Positions 1 through 12,624 of a DNA stretch of 64,000 nt are shown piece by piece. The notes below the pieces were generated by a model. It was not told the DNA's origin and searched no databases. It saw only the letters and a program-made list of their open reading frames with translations. The position numbers were made by a program, and so were the translations under genes. The first letter of the stretch is position 1. The number at the start of each line of letters is the position of its first letter. Source of the stretch: Chiloscyllium plagiosum (Eukaryota); the NCBI RefSeq assembly GCF_004010195.1, contig NC_057750.1, positions 15,432,537 through 15,496,536 on the forward strand. Direction: 5' to 3'.

Positions 1-608
1 CATATGGAAACACCCAGTCAGACTGTGCACTTCTCAGTGTGAGTTGAACCCACAGTCTCTGACTCAGACGTAAGCAGAGCTGTCACCGAGGTTTTGGGAA
101 CTTACACCATAACTCCTTCACACTTTGGGGGAAAGAATCAGACCTCCCTTCTGACTGTTAAGTTGTTTAACAGAGAGAGAAAAAAAAATCAACCTCGCAG
201 ATTTGTTACAAAACACAGCTAAACCTTGAAGAAAAAATGCAGAAAATGCTGGCAAAAAAATCAGCAAGTCTGGTACCACACAAAGTGCATCTCATTGTAA
301 TACAGCAGAAAACCAATTCACCTCGGTGGGCGACACATTTTGAGTAATACTCAGTTCACGACCTTAAAAAAAACTCCAACCACGGTAACCACCAAGACCA
401 GAATTCTACACCCCAAAATAGAGCGCAAAGGGCTCATTGTTGACAACAGTGCAAAAGGGACAGAACACAAAAGGGACAATACCAAACTGCTGTGGGTACT
501 TGCACAGGGCAACTGTTACATGCCACTGATATTCAAGTATGAACAATTTGCAATACCCATTTCCTAGGTAATACAGAATACTGATTTGCAAGCTCATTAC
601 CGAGACCG

Positions 609-1022
609 GAAGGTTTCCGTTGTAAGGAGAGGCTGGATGGGTTGGGACTTTTCTCCCTGGGCCATAGGAGGCTGAGGGATGACCTTATAGAGGTACAAAA
701 AATTATGAGATGTATAGTTATGGTGAGTAGTAAAGATCTTTTCCCCAGAGTAGGGTAGTCCAAAACTTGAGGTTTAAAGTGCGAGGGATAGATTTAAAAG
801 GGACTAGGGGACAATCTTTGCACACAGAAGGTGGTGCATAAATGGAACGAGCTGCCAGCCGAAGGGGTAGAGGCTGGGACAATTATAGCATCGACAAGAT
901 ATTCGGATAAATACGTGGATAGATGAATATGGGACAAATGTAGGTAAATGGACCGGTGAGCTAGCATGGACAAGTTGGAATGAAGGGCCTGTTTCCATGC
1001 TGTATAACCCTATGAATTGTAT
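609..1022 (+). mobile_element. CR1-type (HER1-like) LINE 3' fragment
   Basis: Decayed ORF2 C-terminus (ERL..LGLFSL..RRLR.DLIEV.KIM) plus tail ending GGGCCTGTTTCCATGCTGTAT. Confidence 0.85.
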
Positions 1023-1539
1023 AAACTGCACAGGTTGCTGGCTTTAATACCTTCACTCTAATTGTCTGTAAAGTTTCAAACCAACAGCCTCACCTGAAGC
1101 TGTCAACCTTTCTGACAGTATCTCTAGGACTTCAGGTGGCACTCGAAGTGTCAGCACAATTTCAGGCTGCAGTGGAGCTTGCTCTTATCCATACCTTTAC
1201 TTTATATACAGGCACCAGAAGAGACATATAAACCAACACTGAGAAGCAAACAGAAATTTATGAGAAGCCACAGTCTCTGCTGCTCTTCCCAGTCATACCC
1301 AGCACCTACCCTCAGCTGTATTCAATTTTAAATTGTCCAGCAACTGCACCAATGCCTTCCACATTCTGATGGCCCTGAAGATTACCTCCTGTCCTCCATC
1401 TTCAAATATTGAGTTGCCAGATTATATTTGCCTACTTTCCATCATCCTGTCCTTTTTCATTCCTTCATAATTTTGAACACCACTGTCAAGTATCCTAATC
1501 GCCAGAGTTTGTGAAATCACAACTCGAGTTGCTGTTTTT

Positions 1540-2066
1540 TTTCCCTCCTTGCTATCAGGAAGATGTTATGAAACCTGAAAGGGTTCAGAAAAGGTTTACA
1601 TGGATGTTTCCAGGGTTGGAGGATTTGAGCTATAGGGAGAGGCTGAATAGTCTGGGACTGTTTTCCCTGAAGCATTGGAGGCTGAGGGGTGACCATATAG
1701 AGATTCATAAAATCATGAAGGGCGTGGATAGGGTAAATAGACGAAGTCTTTTCCCTGGGATGGGGGAGTCCAGAACTAGAGGGCATAGGTTTAGGGCGAG
1801 AGGGGAAAGATATAAAAGAGACCCAAGGGGCAACTTTTTCACGCATAGGGTGGTATGTGTATGAAAGGAGCTGCCAGAGGAACTGGTAGAGACTGGTACA
1901 GTTGCAACATTTAAAAGGCATCTGGATGGGTATATGAATAGGAAGGGTTTGGAGGGATATGGGATGGGTGCTGACAGGTGGGACTAGATTGGGTTGAGGT
2001 ATCTGGTCAGCATGGACGGGTTTGGACCGAAGGGTCTGTTTCCGTGCTGTACATCTCTATGACTCC
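1540..2066 (+). mobile_element. CR1-type LINE 3' fragment
   Basis: ERVQKRFT..FPGLEDLSYRERLNSLGLFSL..RLRGD; tail GGACCGAAGGGTCTGTTTCCGTGCTGTACATCTCTATGACTC. Confidence 0.92.
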
Positions 2067-2737
2067 ATTTCTGGTAAATATTCCACCTCCTCTGCAATGT
2101 TCCTGATACAGCTTCAAAACGACATGCTTTCTCAATGGGCCTCAAGCTATTTTTCTTTAAACTAAGGATTTATGACTGCACAGATTTTTATTTCTTGGGT
2201 ACACAAGAAAAGGCAGGAAAGTGGAGTTGAGGATTATCAGATAGCAAAGATCTCACTGAATGGCAGAACACACTCGGTAGGCTGAATGGCTTACTTCTGA
2301 GCTTGTCTTATGGTCTTATTGTTTTACTGTTAAAGACATACTTTTTTGTTTTTTTTTTCCTGCCTCCTCCACATAATGGATAACCTTACACTTGTATTGT
2401 GTCCCCCAATGACAGGTGATCTTTTTCAAATACCACGTAAATATAATTATCCACAGTGAGCAGTGTGCCAACCATGCTCAACCAGCCTGTGCTTACAAAA
2501 CTCAGGATGAAGTATTCATCAGATATGTTTCAGTGATTGGACTACATTCACCAAAAAATTCCTACTGTGCTAATGATTACACCAGAAATCAAATCTATCA
2601 CCACCAATCTGGCTTGCAGTAATATTTATTCACAAACAGAGCCCTGGTCTTTGGGAGTAAAAGGTATCTGCCCACAAATTGCACCGATGGCATGCGCATC
2701 AAACTGCATCTCTCATTTGTCTGCCTGCTGTCACAGT

Positions 2738-2827
2738 CTGAAGAAGGGCTTATGCCCAAAACGCGATTCTCCTGTTCCCTGGATGCTGCCTGACCTGCTG
2801 CGCTTTTCCAGCAACACATTTTCAGCT
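2738..2827 (+). mobile_element. ~90-bp PLE terminal-repeat fragment with degenerate hammerhead motif
   Basis: CTGAAGAAGGGCTTATGCCCAAAACG...TTTTCAGCT, flanked by direct repeat CTGCTGTCACAGTCT (2725-2739, 2826-2840). Confidence 0.85.
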
Positions 2828-3794
2828 GCTGTCACAGTCTATTTGTATCCTTCTGTAATATATCAATCTCTCCCAGCAGTTTGCTGGTTCTCTATTTTTG
2901 AGATGATCAGCAAACCCAAAGTTAACACTTCCTGGCGAAGTGCAGATCATTTATGCTCAGAGAGGCCCAAAGGCTATGCGATCAGACATCTGTCTCTAGT
3001 CTTAGATACATCCATTTACCACAAATATTTGCCATTTGCACCTTATCAATTTCCCAATCCACACTTTCCATTTGATGCCACATAAGTAAATTTCTTAACT
3101 TGAACTTCTACAAAACAGTATCAAGCTCACACACTTGCCTTCCTCCCCATCCTCAAATCAAAGATGACAGGGGTCATGCAGCTATTCCTGCTGAGACTTT
3201 GCACAAACCAGGTATTGAACCAGCAATGCCCCGAACCAAAGGGAGTTCCAATACTAGGCCCAAAGGAAAGATAACACTGGGAACTCTTGAAAGGACGCAA
3301 GTTTTCTTTATTGAACAGGTTGTTCTCAGAAAGTGCAATTCTCTGGCACTAACCTTTTTTCCTCATTAAGTAGGCTATTTGAAGGAAGAAAAAAAGAAAT
3401 GGGAAACACATGGAGAGCATGATTAGGCCAGGTGCAGAAAGACAGCAGAGCCGAACTGATGGGCTAAACATCCTGTTCCTGTCCTTTACTTTTATGGAGC
3501 AAGGCACATGGAATTTTTATAATTGTCACAACAACCTATACCCTGATGACAAATGCCACCCATCGGCAGTCAGTGCGTCATACGCCAGATAACCAGCTCT
3601 CACAATCAGTACACTGGAAAACAACTTCATGCCTGCTCAGCCGTAACTCAGATAACCAGGCAGTGCAGGATTGAGCTGAAACCTAGCCTCTGTAGGTTAA
3701 AGCTTATAAATTCATAGAAAGACATGTAACACATCTTGCAAGTCCAATTCATACCACTTCAGGTTTAGCCAGTTGGGCTGGTTAAGTTAGTATT

Positions 3795-4320
3795 TTGGGT
3801 ATAGTGGTAATCTTCTTATTTTAGCTCAGATTCAAATTCCATTACGGAAGCTTATGGAATTTAAATTCATTTTATAAAATCCTCAATACAGGGACGTTTC
3901 TAGTGTAGTGAAAAGCCTAACTCTGAGCCAGAAAGTCGAGATCCAAGTCCCAACTGCTCCAGAGATTTCTAGTAACATAGCTGATACAGGTTGATTAGAA
4001 AATATCCAAAACCTGAAACATAAAGCCAATTGCAGTAAAGACAGCGATCGTGATTGTTATAAACACCCACTTAACTCCCTCATGTCCATTCTGAAAGGAG
4101 ATTTGCTAGCCTTATCTGATATGACCTATACGTGACTTCAGACCTACAGCAATGAGGTTGACTCAACTGTACTGTGAAACACCTGAGCAAGCCACTCGAT
4201 TCAAGGGCGACTAGAGATGGACAACACATGCTGGCCTTGAATGAATCTGCCAATCCCCTAAAAAGAACAGAAAAGCACAGATGAATGCTAATGTCCACCA
4301 TGTGAGAGTCATTAATCAAA
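3795..4320 (+). mobile_element. Decayed tRNA-derived SINE(s), same family as 7385 and 21480
   Basis: Shares GGAATTTAAATTCA, CTTATCTGAT..GACCTA..CGTGACTTCAGACC and tail motifs with the better-preserved copies. Confidence 0.55.
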
Positions 4321-4534
4321 CATTAGCATGCTCTTTCACTGCCTCTCTTAACCAATAACCAACACATAGTCCTGCACTCCAACTCTGTCCTTAACCACTT
4401 ACCCACAGGTATACACAACTGCTGAATACCCATATTTAGTGTATATCTTTTTTCTCTCATTGAAGTACAATGACAGCAGCTGAGTATTGTAAACATAGGG
4501 TCAGGAGAAAGCGATTCAGACCTTTCAGATGGGT

Positions 4535-4950
4535 TTTTATTTGTTGTTCATGGGATCCAGGTGTTGCTAGCTTGTCCAGCATTTATTGTCCATTGCTCTT
4601 TACACTCAAGTGGTAGTGAGCTGTCTTCTTGAAATGCTACAGTCCATTTAGCGCAGATGCACTCTCAATGTTATTATTTTGGGTGGGGGTTGGATGGTTG
4701 ACCCACAGCAGCAAAGGTATGGCAACATATTTCCAAGACAGGATAGTGAGTGACTTTGCTGGTGGTGGTGTTCCCATGTATTTGCTGCCCATATCTTTCG
4801 GGGTGGTGGCGGTGGCTGTAGATTTGGAAGGTACTGTTTAAGGAGCTTTGGAGAATTTCTGCAGTGCATCTTGTAGATGGCACACAGTGCATTGGCGTTG
4901 TATGGAGTGAATGTTTGTGGATGGTAGCAAGCTTCTTAAGTATTCTTGGA
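4535..4950 (-). mobile_element. LINE 3' fragment (CR1/L2-like, family unassigned)
   Basis: Reverse-complement homologue of 55810-56100; its tail resembles the SINE tail at 7650-7715. Confidence 0.65.
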
Positions 4951-5689
4951 AGTTGCGCTCATCCAACCCTGCCATCCGATGAGATCACAACTGCTCGGAT
5001 TGTGCTCTTAACTCCAGCGTCCTGTCTTTCCACTATAACTATAAACTCCTCTGTCCACCAAAAAATGTCTAACTCAATCTTGAATACATTGGCTGCTTTA
5101 TGGGGCAGAACAACCAAATGCCCATCTTCACAGCAACTGACCCATGCTGAAAAGAAAAACACCAGAATCTTGGACTAAACTTCATCCTGAAACATGGGTT
5201 TATTTATAAAATTAAAAATCAACTTGGATAAAAAAAAAGCACATTAATCAGTAGGGCAAAACATATCGAAATCAATTCCACCTGGGTGGGAGTGATGGCA
5301 GAGTTTACTACAATCGAAGGTGTATGTAGCTTTTCATTTGTGGAACATTTGATTCACCATATTTCCTATCCAGCCACGCAGAAAATATACCCTGAGGAAA
5401 CTTTGGCAAATAGCTTAAATACCCTGGAGAAAGTTTCCATCCAGTTCTAAAGACAAACTGGGGCAGGCGTGAAGAAAACAGCTCACCACATACAAGATTA
5501 ACTGCAATCAGAGAATGATTATAAATGACAACTACAGACCGGCCCTGAAAGGTTAATTAAAATGTCAGAGACTAACACCTAGAAATGTCAGAAACATTTA
5601 TTTTCCAAAGACACTGGTTGAGTTGGAGTATTCTCTGTCAAACTCCTGTGACATTAATCATGAACTCAATTGGTCCAAACAAGGTCAGA

Positions 5690-5860
5690 AGTTACAACTC
5701 CAGGTTATAGTCCAACAAGTTTATTTGAAATCAGGAGTCCACCTGATGAAGGAGCAGCGCTCCAGCAGCTTGCGACTTCAAATAAACTGTTGGATTATAA
5801 TCTGGTGTCATGGAACTTCTGACCTTGTCCACCCCAGTCCAACACCACACCTCCACATCA
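5690..5860. mobile_element. PLE terminal-repeat fragments in inverted arrangement
   Basis: CAGGTTATAGTCCAACAAGTTTATTTGAA ... TTCAAATAAACTGTTGGATTATAATCTG enclosing CTGATGAAGGAGCAGCGCTCC. Confidence 0.75.
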
Positions 5861-6461
5861 TAGTCCACACAAGGCCATTCTGTGCTCATTACTATGATAG
5901 CTCTCAAGCAGAGCTATCTGATTCAAATCTACATGAGCCACCGCCTTTCCAAATGAACAAACACCTCATGCCATTCCCTTACCTTTTCTCTAGAGCCTGG
6001 CACATTTTTCCTTTACAGGCAATAATCCAATTCTCTCTTGAATGCTTCAACTGACCCTGCCTCCACCATATTTTCAGGAGGGATATTCCAGACCTTAATT
6101 TGTTTTGTGAATATGTTTTTGATGCATATCATTTCACACAGGTTACTTTAAATCTGTGCCCCCTTACTCTCAATCACGAGTTTACTTTCCAAACCTTTCC
6201 TTTTAAAAAATCTTTATCAAATTAGAAAGTTCACTTTATCAAATGATAATTCATCGATTGTGGTAGGAAAACCAAACCACATTATCAGCATCACCCCCAC
6301 CTGCCTTTGTGGCCAGATTCAACTCTGAAATTTGCAAAAGTCTAAAAACAGTGTTGTAATCCCTACAAATCAGCAGAAATATGATCAGACAAGTGACATA
6401 CACCAGCACTTATCGATGCAACATAATCTCAATCCAGGAAGAGAAACATACATTTTTAGGA

Positions 6462-6663
6462 TTTGGAGGTGCCAGTGTTGGACTAGGGTGTACAAAGTTA
6501 AAAATCACAACACCAGGTTATAGTCCAACCGGTTTAATTGGAAGCACTAGCTTTCAGAGCGCTGCTCCTTCATCGGGTGATTGTGAAGGAGCGTTGCTCC
6601 GAAAGCTAGTGCTTCCAATTAAACCGGTTGGACTATAACCTGTTGTTGTGTGATTTTTAACTT
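6462..6663. mobile_element. Fold-back pair of PLE terminal repeats
   Basis: Arms ~6495-6573 and ~6584-6663 are near-perfect reverse complements, each with a GGAGC..GCTC(C/T)GAAAGCTAGTG motif. Confidence 0.85.
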
Positions 6664-6825
6664 AATTTTAGATTGCTTCAAAGTTCTCCTTTCATCTTCA
6701 ACAGCTGTTCAACCTTGGGTAAGAGGGGTTGGGAGAAAGGAGAGACTGGGGAAAGAGGGATGATAGTTTGGGGAAGGGGTTAGAAAGGGAAGAAGCTTTA
6801 CTGCTGAACACGATCTTGTTCTAAT

Positions 6826-7175
6826 TAACAATGACAAGCAACATGAGTTCGACTGGGACAACACTACTATTATAGGACAAGCCAAGCAGAGAACAGCCAG
6901 GGAATTCCTGGAGGCATGGCACTCATCCACTGATTCAATCAATAAGCACATCGACCTGGACCCAATATACCGGCCGCTGCAGCAGACAGCTGGAACTGAC
7001 AACCAAAAGCGGCAGGTACAAACCACCACAAATGCCGGAGGAAACATCATAGAAGCGCTCCACAGGAGGCTCCCAAGCATTGAGGATGTCACCTAGACAG
7101 GGGATGAAACGTTTACAACACAAATTCCCAGCTCGGCGAACAGAACCACAACAACGAGCACCCGAGCTACAAACT
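6826..7175 (+). mobile_element. PLE 3' fragment (GIY-YIG endonuclease C-terminus plus tail)
   Basis: Translates HEFDWDNTTIIGQAKQRTAREFLEAWHSSTDSINKHIDLDPIYRPL; hammerhead-like motif at ~7080-7113; TSD TTGTTCTAAT (6816-6825, 7176-7185). Confidence 0.85.
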
Positions 7176-7384
7176 TTGTTCTAATCCAATTTATGCACAA
7201 GTCATTCTTTTCAGCACAGTTCATTGATGGACAACAAGGGTTAACTACAGTTCTGTGATAGACTCCACAGCACATAGCTGCTCCTCTGCACAGACTACTC
7301 ATAACAGTCAGTTTCTATAAATCGTACATCTTAAATGGAATACTTTCATGTACTGTGGGACAAATGCCCTATCTAGGTATGACA

Positions 7385-7715
7385 TGGGGACACAATAGTC
7401 TAGTGGTATTATCACTAGGACTATTAATCCAGAGACCCAGGTAATGTGCTGGGAACCCAGGTTCAAATCTCATCATGGCAAATGGTGGAATTTGAATCCA
7501 ATAAAAATTTGGATTTAACAGGCTAACATGGACTATGAAATTAATGCCGATTTTCGGAAAAACCCATCTGATTCACTAAATGCCCTTTAGGGAAGGAAGC
7601 TGCCATCCATACCGGGTTTGGCCTACATGTGACTTCAGTTAACTGCCCTCTGGGTAATTAGAGATGGATAGTGAATGCTGGACTAACCAGCGATGCCCAC
7701 GTCCCATGAATGAAT
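7385..7715 (+). mobile_element. tRNA-derived SINE (possibly DeuSINE/SacSINE-like)
   Basis: Box A-like TAGTCTAGTGG and box B-like GGTTCAAATCT; homologous to 21480-21835. Confidence 0.75.
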
Positions 7716-7841
7716 ACATTTTTTAAAATGTGCATTTGTTGCAATTTTGTCCACAGAATGCTCCAAGGGAAGATCAGTGCAAAACATAGCCAGCTCACAT
7801 CCTTCCAAACAATATACTAATAAATGATACAAATCTTTGAG

Positions 7842-10130
7842 ATATGGAGGTGCCGGAGTTCAGCTGAGGTGGACAAAGTTAAAATTCACACAACACAAGG
7901 TTAGAGCGCAACAGGTTTATTTGGAAGTACAGGTACAACAGGTTTATTTGGAAACGTTGCTTCTTCATCAGGTAGCAAGTTGGGCAGGATCACAAGACAC
8001 ACAATTTATAGTCAAAGGTCCAAGTGTCATACAACTCATTTGATGTATTGAATTAACCTAGATTTCTGTTAAATCTTTCACCTTTTAAACTGGGTTGCAG
8101 GTTTCGATTCATTAATATGTAAATCCCATAAGTTCTTTCAAGTCACATTCCCGAGATAACTTAAGGTTTTATATATATTAAAAAAAGGGACATCTCAGTT
8201 CAGACAATGCATTAAAGGTGTAAGGTCAGAATCTGTCTGTAATCCAATTTTGAGTCAGACTGGTTCTATTTCCAAAGTAGGAATTTATAAAATGTCATAT
8301 GGACTGACTACCTACAGATTGTGTGCTTTTTAAACAAAATAGAATGTATCTGCAAACATAAATCTGCAAATGCAAATTCACCACATAGACTTGTGTGTGT
8401 GCATGCGTGTCAGGGAGGGAGGCAAGATAAGAGCGAGTGCGCGTATGTGTAGAGAGCGAGGGAGAGTGAGTGTGCATGCTTGATAAAGTGTGTGGACAAG
8501 TGTGACGGTGTGTATGCCTGTGAGAGTGGTTGTGAGGGAGAGAGCATGTGTACAAGAAAGGGATCTCGCCGAGATGTTCCCTACACGACCACTTCTCGCC
8601 TTTAAACAACCAAACCTTAAACGGATCATTGTTCATAGCATATTGCCTAATCTTTAGAACAACGTCAACCACAACACCATAGAACCCTGTCATGGCAACC
8701 ACTGCAAGTCACGTCAGAGTGTCGACATGGATACTACCATTACATGTGGGGACACCACCCACCATGTGTACGACAGGAACTCACGTGACCCAGGTGCTCA
8801 GTGGACAAGGGGGATGCAGTGGTAATTTGGCACACTGCCCTCTACACCGCTGAAGCCAGCCACCAACTCGAAGACACCTCCTCCTACTGCCCCATTGACC
8901 ATGACCTCACCCCCCCATCACCAAACCATATCTCCCAGACCATACACAATCTCATCGCCTCAGANNNNNNNNNNNNNNNNNNNNNNNNNNNNNNNNNNNN
9001 NNNNNNNNNNNNNNNNNNNNNNNNNNNNNNNNNNNNNNNNNNNNNNNNNNNNNNNNNNNNNNNNNNNNNNNNNNNNNNNNNNNNNNNNNNNNNNNNNNNN
9101 NNNNNNNNNNNNNNNNNNNNNNNNNNNNNNNNNNNNNNNNNNNNNNNNNNNNNNNNNNNNNNNNNNNNNNNNNNNNNNNNNNNNNNNNNNNNNNNNNNNN
9201 NNNNNNNNNNNNNNNNNNNNNNNNNNNNNNNNNNNNNNNNNNNNNNNNNNNNNNNNNNNNNNNNNNNNNNNNNNNNNNNNNNNNNNNNNNNNNNNNNNNN
9301 NNNNNNNNNNNNNNNNNNNNNNNNNNNNNNNNNNNNNNNNNNNNNNNNNNNNNNNNNNNNNNNNNNNNNNNNNNNNNNNNNNNNNNNNNNNNNNNNNNNN
9401 NNNNNNNNNNNNNNNNNNNNNNNNNNNNNNNNNNNNNNNNNNNNNNNNNNNNNNNNNNNNNNNNCCTCAAATGGGATCTTGGGTTCATGTCACACTACAG
9501 GTGACCCCACTACACTAATCACTCTCAAACACACACACACATTCTGACACATGATCATACTCACAAAGACCCTCTCAGACACAAGCATACACTCACGCAC
9601 ACACCCTCTCACAGGCATATACTCAATCATACTCGCACACAATATCAAGCACACGCACATGCATACTCTCACACTGTCTCTCCCACACATACATGTCTGT
9701 GGAGTGAATGTGCATTTGCAGATACATTCTACTTTGTTCAAAAAGCACATAGTGTAGACAGTCAGTTCATGTGACATTTTATAAATTCCTAATCTGGAAG
9801 GTCAGAATGCATACTGACTAACCTCACATTTTTAATGCATCATCTGAGCTGAGATGTCTTTTTCTTATATAAAATCTTAAGTTATCTCGGGAGTGTGACT
9901 TGAAAGAAGTTCTGGTATTTACATATTAATGAATCAAAACCTGCAACCGATTCTACGATTAAGGCTAAACAGCAATCCAGGTTTGTACAATGCAGTGTAT
10001 GACACTTCGAGCTTCTACTATAAATTTTGTGTCCTACGATCCCGCCCCACCAGCTAACTGATGAAGGAGCAGTGCTCCAAAAGCTTGTACTTCCAAATAA
10101 AGCTGTTGGATTATAAACTTGTGTCGTGAA
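7842..10130. mobile_element. Composite PLE locus: inverted long terminal segments around PLE ORF fragments and a gap
   Basis: 7842-8560 and ~9520-10130 are diverged reverse complements with (GT)/(CA)-rich tracts; 8801-8964 translates DKGDAVVIW..LY..EA.HQLED, typical of PLE RT N-terminal region. Confidence 0.75.
8965..9464. other. Assembly gap; others at 19651-20093, 28950-29194, 31412-31461, 45103-45107, 48203-48546, 54396-54501
   Basis: Runs of N, all inside well-preserved repeats or the minisatellite. Confidence 0.99.
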
Positions 10131-10494
10131 ACAAATTTTTAAGCTAGTGTCAGGACCGGTGTTGTTAAACCTAAAACTGTGGAGATGGATTCCAAATCCA
10201 GCCTGCAATCATTCTCATAACTGCTTTGAAATGTTAATCTCGTCAGAAATTAGAAAGATTACTGCCAGTGACACACCCAGCCCCTCAGGCACCGATGAAC
10301 AGTCTGCTCTATGACTGGCTACACTATTGAATAACTTGCATTCAAATCACAGGTCATGCACACCCAATCTCCTACAAAAAGTTTACAGATTTGAATTTAC
10401 AAACAAATACTCTAAATCTCAGAAGTACTGCACAAAGCAATGACAAAACAGAAGAAGCAGTTTCTAAAGTTCCACCATTTTAGTTCCTTTGTAG

Positions 10495-12530
10495 GATGTT
10501 GGTGTCTCTGGCAAGGTAGCATTAATTCCCTATCCTAAACTGCCCTGGAGAAAGTAGTAGGAAAATGTTTTCTTGTAGTCCTCTCTTGTAGTTCGAGGTG
10601 CATGAGATCACAGATTTGCAAGGTGTCTTTGAAGGATCATGGGTGAGTCATGCTTTCTTGATAATAGACACAGTGCTGTCACTGTGTGTTGTTGGTGGAA
10701 GAAGTGAATAGTGAAGGTATCAGTATCTGAGTCGCTGAAAACAATACTGAACTTTATCAACACCAAATATCTCAACTTCTGACCTCACAATGGAAGCAAG
10801 ATCATAGCTGAAGCATCTGAAGATGGTTGGATCAAGACACTAACTTGAGAAACTCCTGCAGTGATATCCTGACCTCCAACCATCACAACTTTCTTCTCTT
10901 GTACCAAGTAGGACTCAGGAGTGATCCTTACCAACCTTCGCATAAACCACATCATCCGACAACATTTCTGCCACCTCCAAACAGACCCCACCACCAGGGA
11001 TATATTTCCCTCCCCACCCATTTCCGCTTTCCGCAAAGACCGTTCCCTCCGTGACTACCTGGTCGGGTCCACGCCCCCCCCCTATAACCCACCCTCCCTT
11101 CCTGGCACCCTCCCCGGCCACCGCAGAAATTGCAAAACCTGCGCCCACACTACCTCCCTCACCTCCATCCAAGCCCCAAAGGAGCCTTCCACATCCAAAG
11201 TTTCACCTGCACATCCACCAATATCATTTATTGGTCCCGGTGCGGTCTCCTCTACATTGGGGAGACTGGACGCCTCCTCGCAGAGCGCTTTAGGGAACAT
11301 CTCTGAGACACCCGCACCAATCAACCCCACTGCTCTGTGGCCCAACATTTCAACTCCCCCTCCCACTCTACCAAGGACATGCAGGTCCTGGGCCTCCTTC
11401 ACTGCCGCTCCCTCACCACCCGACACCTGGAGGAAGAACGCCTCGGAACACTTCAACCCTATGGCATCAATGTGTATTTCACCAGTTTCCTCATTTCCCC
11501 TCTCCCCACCTCACCCCAGTTCCAACCTTCAAGCTCAGCAACACCCTCATGACCTGTCCTACCTGCCTATCTTCCTTTCCACCCCTGATGAAGGGCTTTT
11601 GCCCGAAACATCGATTTTCCTGCTTCTCGGATGCTGCCTGACCTGCTGTGCTTTTCCAGCACCACTCTAATCTAAACTCAGGAGTGATCCCCACTGATGA
11701 CAGCTTTCCTAGGGCTCTGGAATGTCATACTCCGTCAACTGCTACCTTGATGCCAAGGACAAGAATTTCCACCTCTCCTCCTAAGTTCAGCTCTTTTGTT
11801 CATGTTTAGACAAAAGCTGTAATGAGAAACTGACAGAATTTAAACTGAATGTCAATGAACTGTCACTGTAGATGACTCCCTTCCATCACTTTGCTTATGA
11901 TCAAGAGCAAGTTTGATAGAACAACATGTGACCGAGTTGGATTTGACCTGCTCGTTGTTGGCAAACAGATAACAGTGTTAAGAATTTGGTAAGGAGCACA
12001 GCTCGTTCTGGGATGTAAGTCTTCAGTACTATTATCAAAACGTTGTCAGGGCACCTCTTGCCTTTTCAGTATTTAGTGTCTTCAGCTTTCTTTTGATGTC
12101 ACAAGGTGTCAAACTGGCTGGAAGACTGGCCTCAGTGATGCTGAAGCCCTCAGGAGGAGTTTGTGATGAATTGTCCACTCAGCACTTCTGGCTGAAGATG
12201 GATACAAACGCTTCAAACTTGACTTTTGAACTCTTGTGCTAGGGTGACCCAATGTTGGAGATGTGGTTATTTGTGGAACCAACTTTCCCATCATTTGTTT
12301 AACTGTTCACTGCTGTTCACGATTAGATAAGGCAGGGCTGCAGAGTCGAGACCTGATCTTTGGGTTCATTTAGCTCAATGTATCACATGCAAGTTGCCCC
12401 ATGCATCACCAGGTTAATCTATCATTTTTTGGCATGCCTGGTTTCTACTTCTGGCATGCCCTCCTGCATGGTTACATGGCTCGATGATGATTCTAGTGAG
12501 AGATTCATGCCAAGCTTCTAGTTGAATTCA
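10495..12530 (-). mobile_element. Old LINE remnant interrupted by the PLE at 10928-11675
   Basis: 10495-10730 resembles 4535-4950; sequence resumes after the 15-bp TSD. Confidence 0.55.
10928..11675 (+). mobile_element. 5'-truncated PLE with GIY-YIG remnant and hammerhead-bearing terminus
   Basis: IIRQHF.HLQTDPTTRDIFPSPP.SAFRKDRSLRD.LV, NCKTC, YIGETGR...RFREHL; hammerhead core 11585-11612; TSD ACTCAGGAGTGATCC (10913-10927, 11676-11690). Confidence 0.92.
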
Positions 12531-12624
12531 ATTCTCTTGATGGTAAACTTGTTGTAACTGAACTCTCTAGCTGGTGTGATTAATTAGTGAGTCTAAACTT
12601 TCTAACAAAGGCAATGTTATAGCG

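Noticed and set aside
8801..9547. Long ORFs spanning N runs (also near 19.4-20.2, 28.7-29.3, 47.9-48.7 and 54.0-54.7 kb)
   Set aside because: Length is an artefact of translating gaps; real parts are TE fragments.
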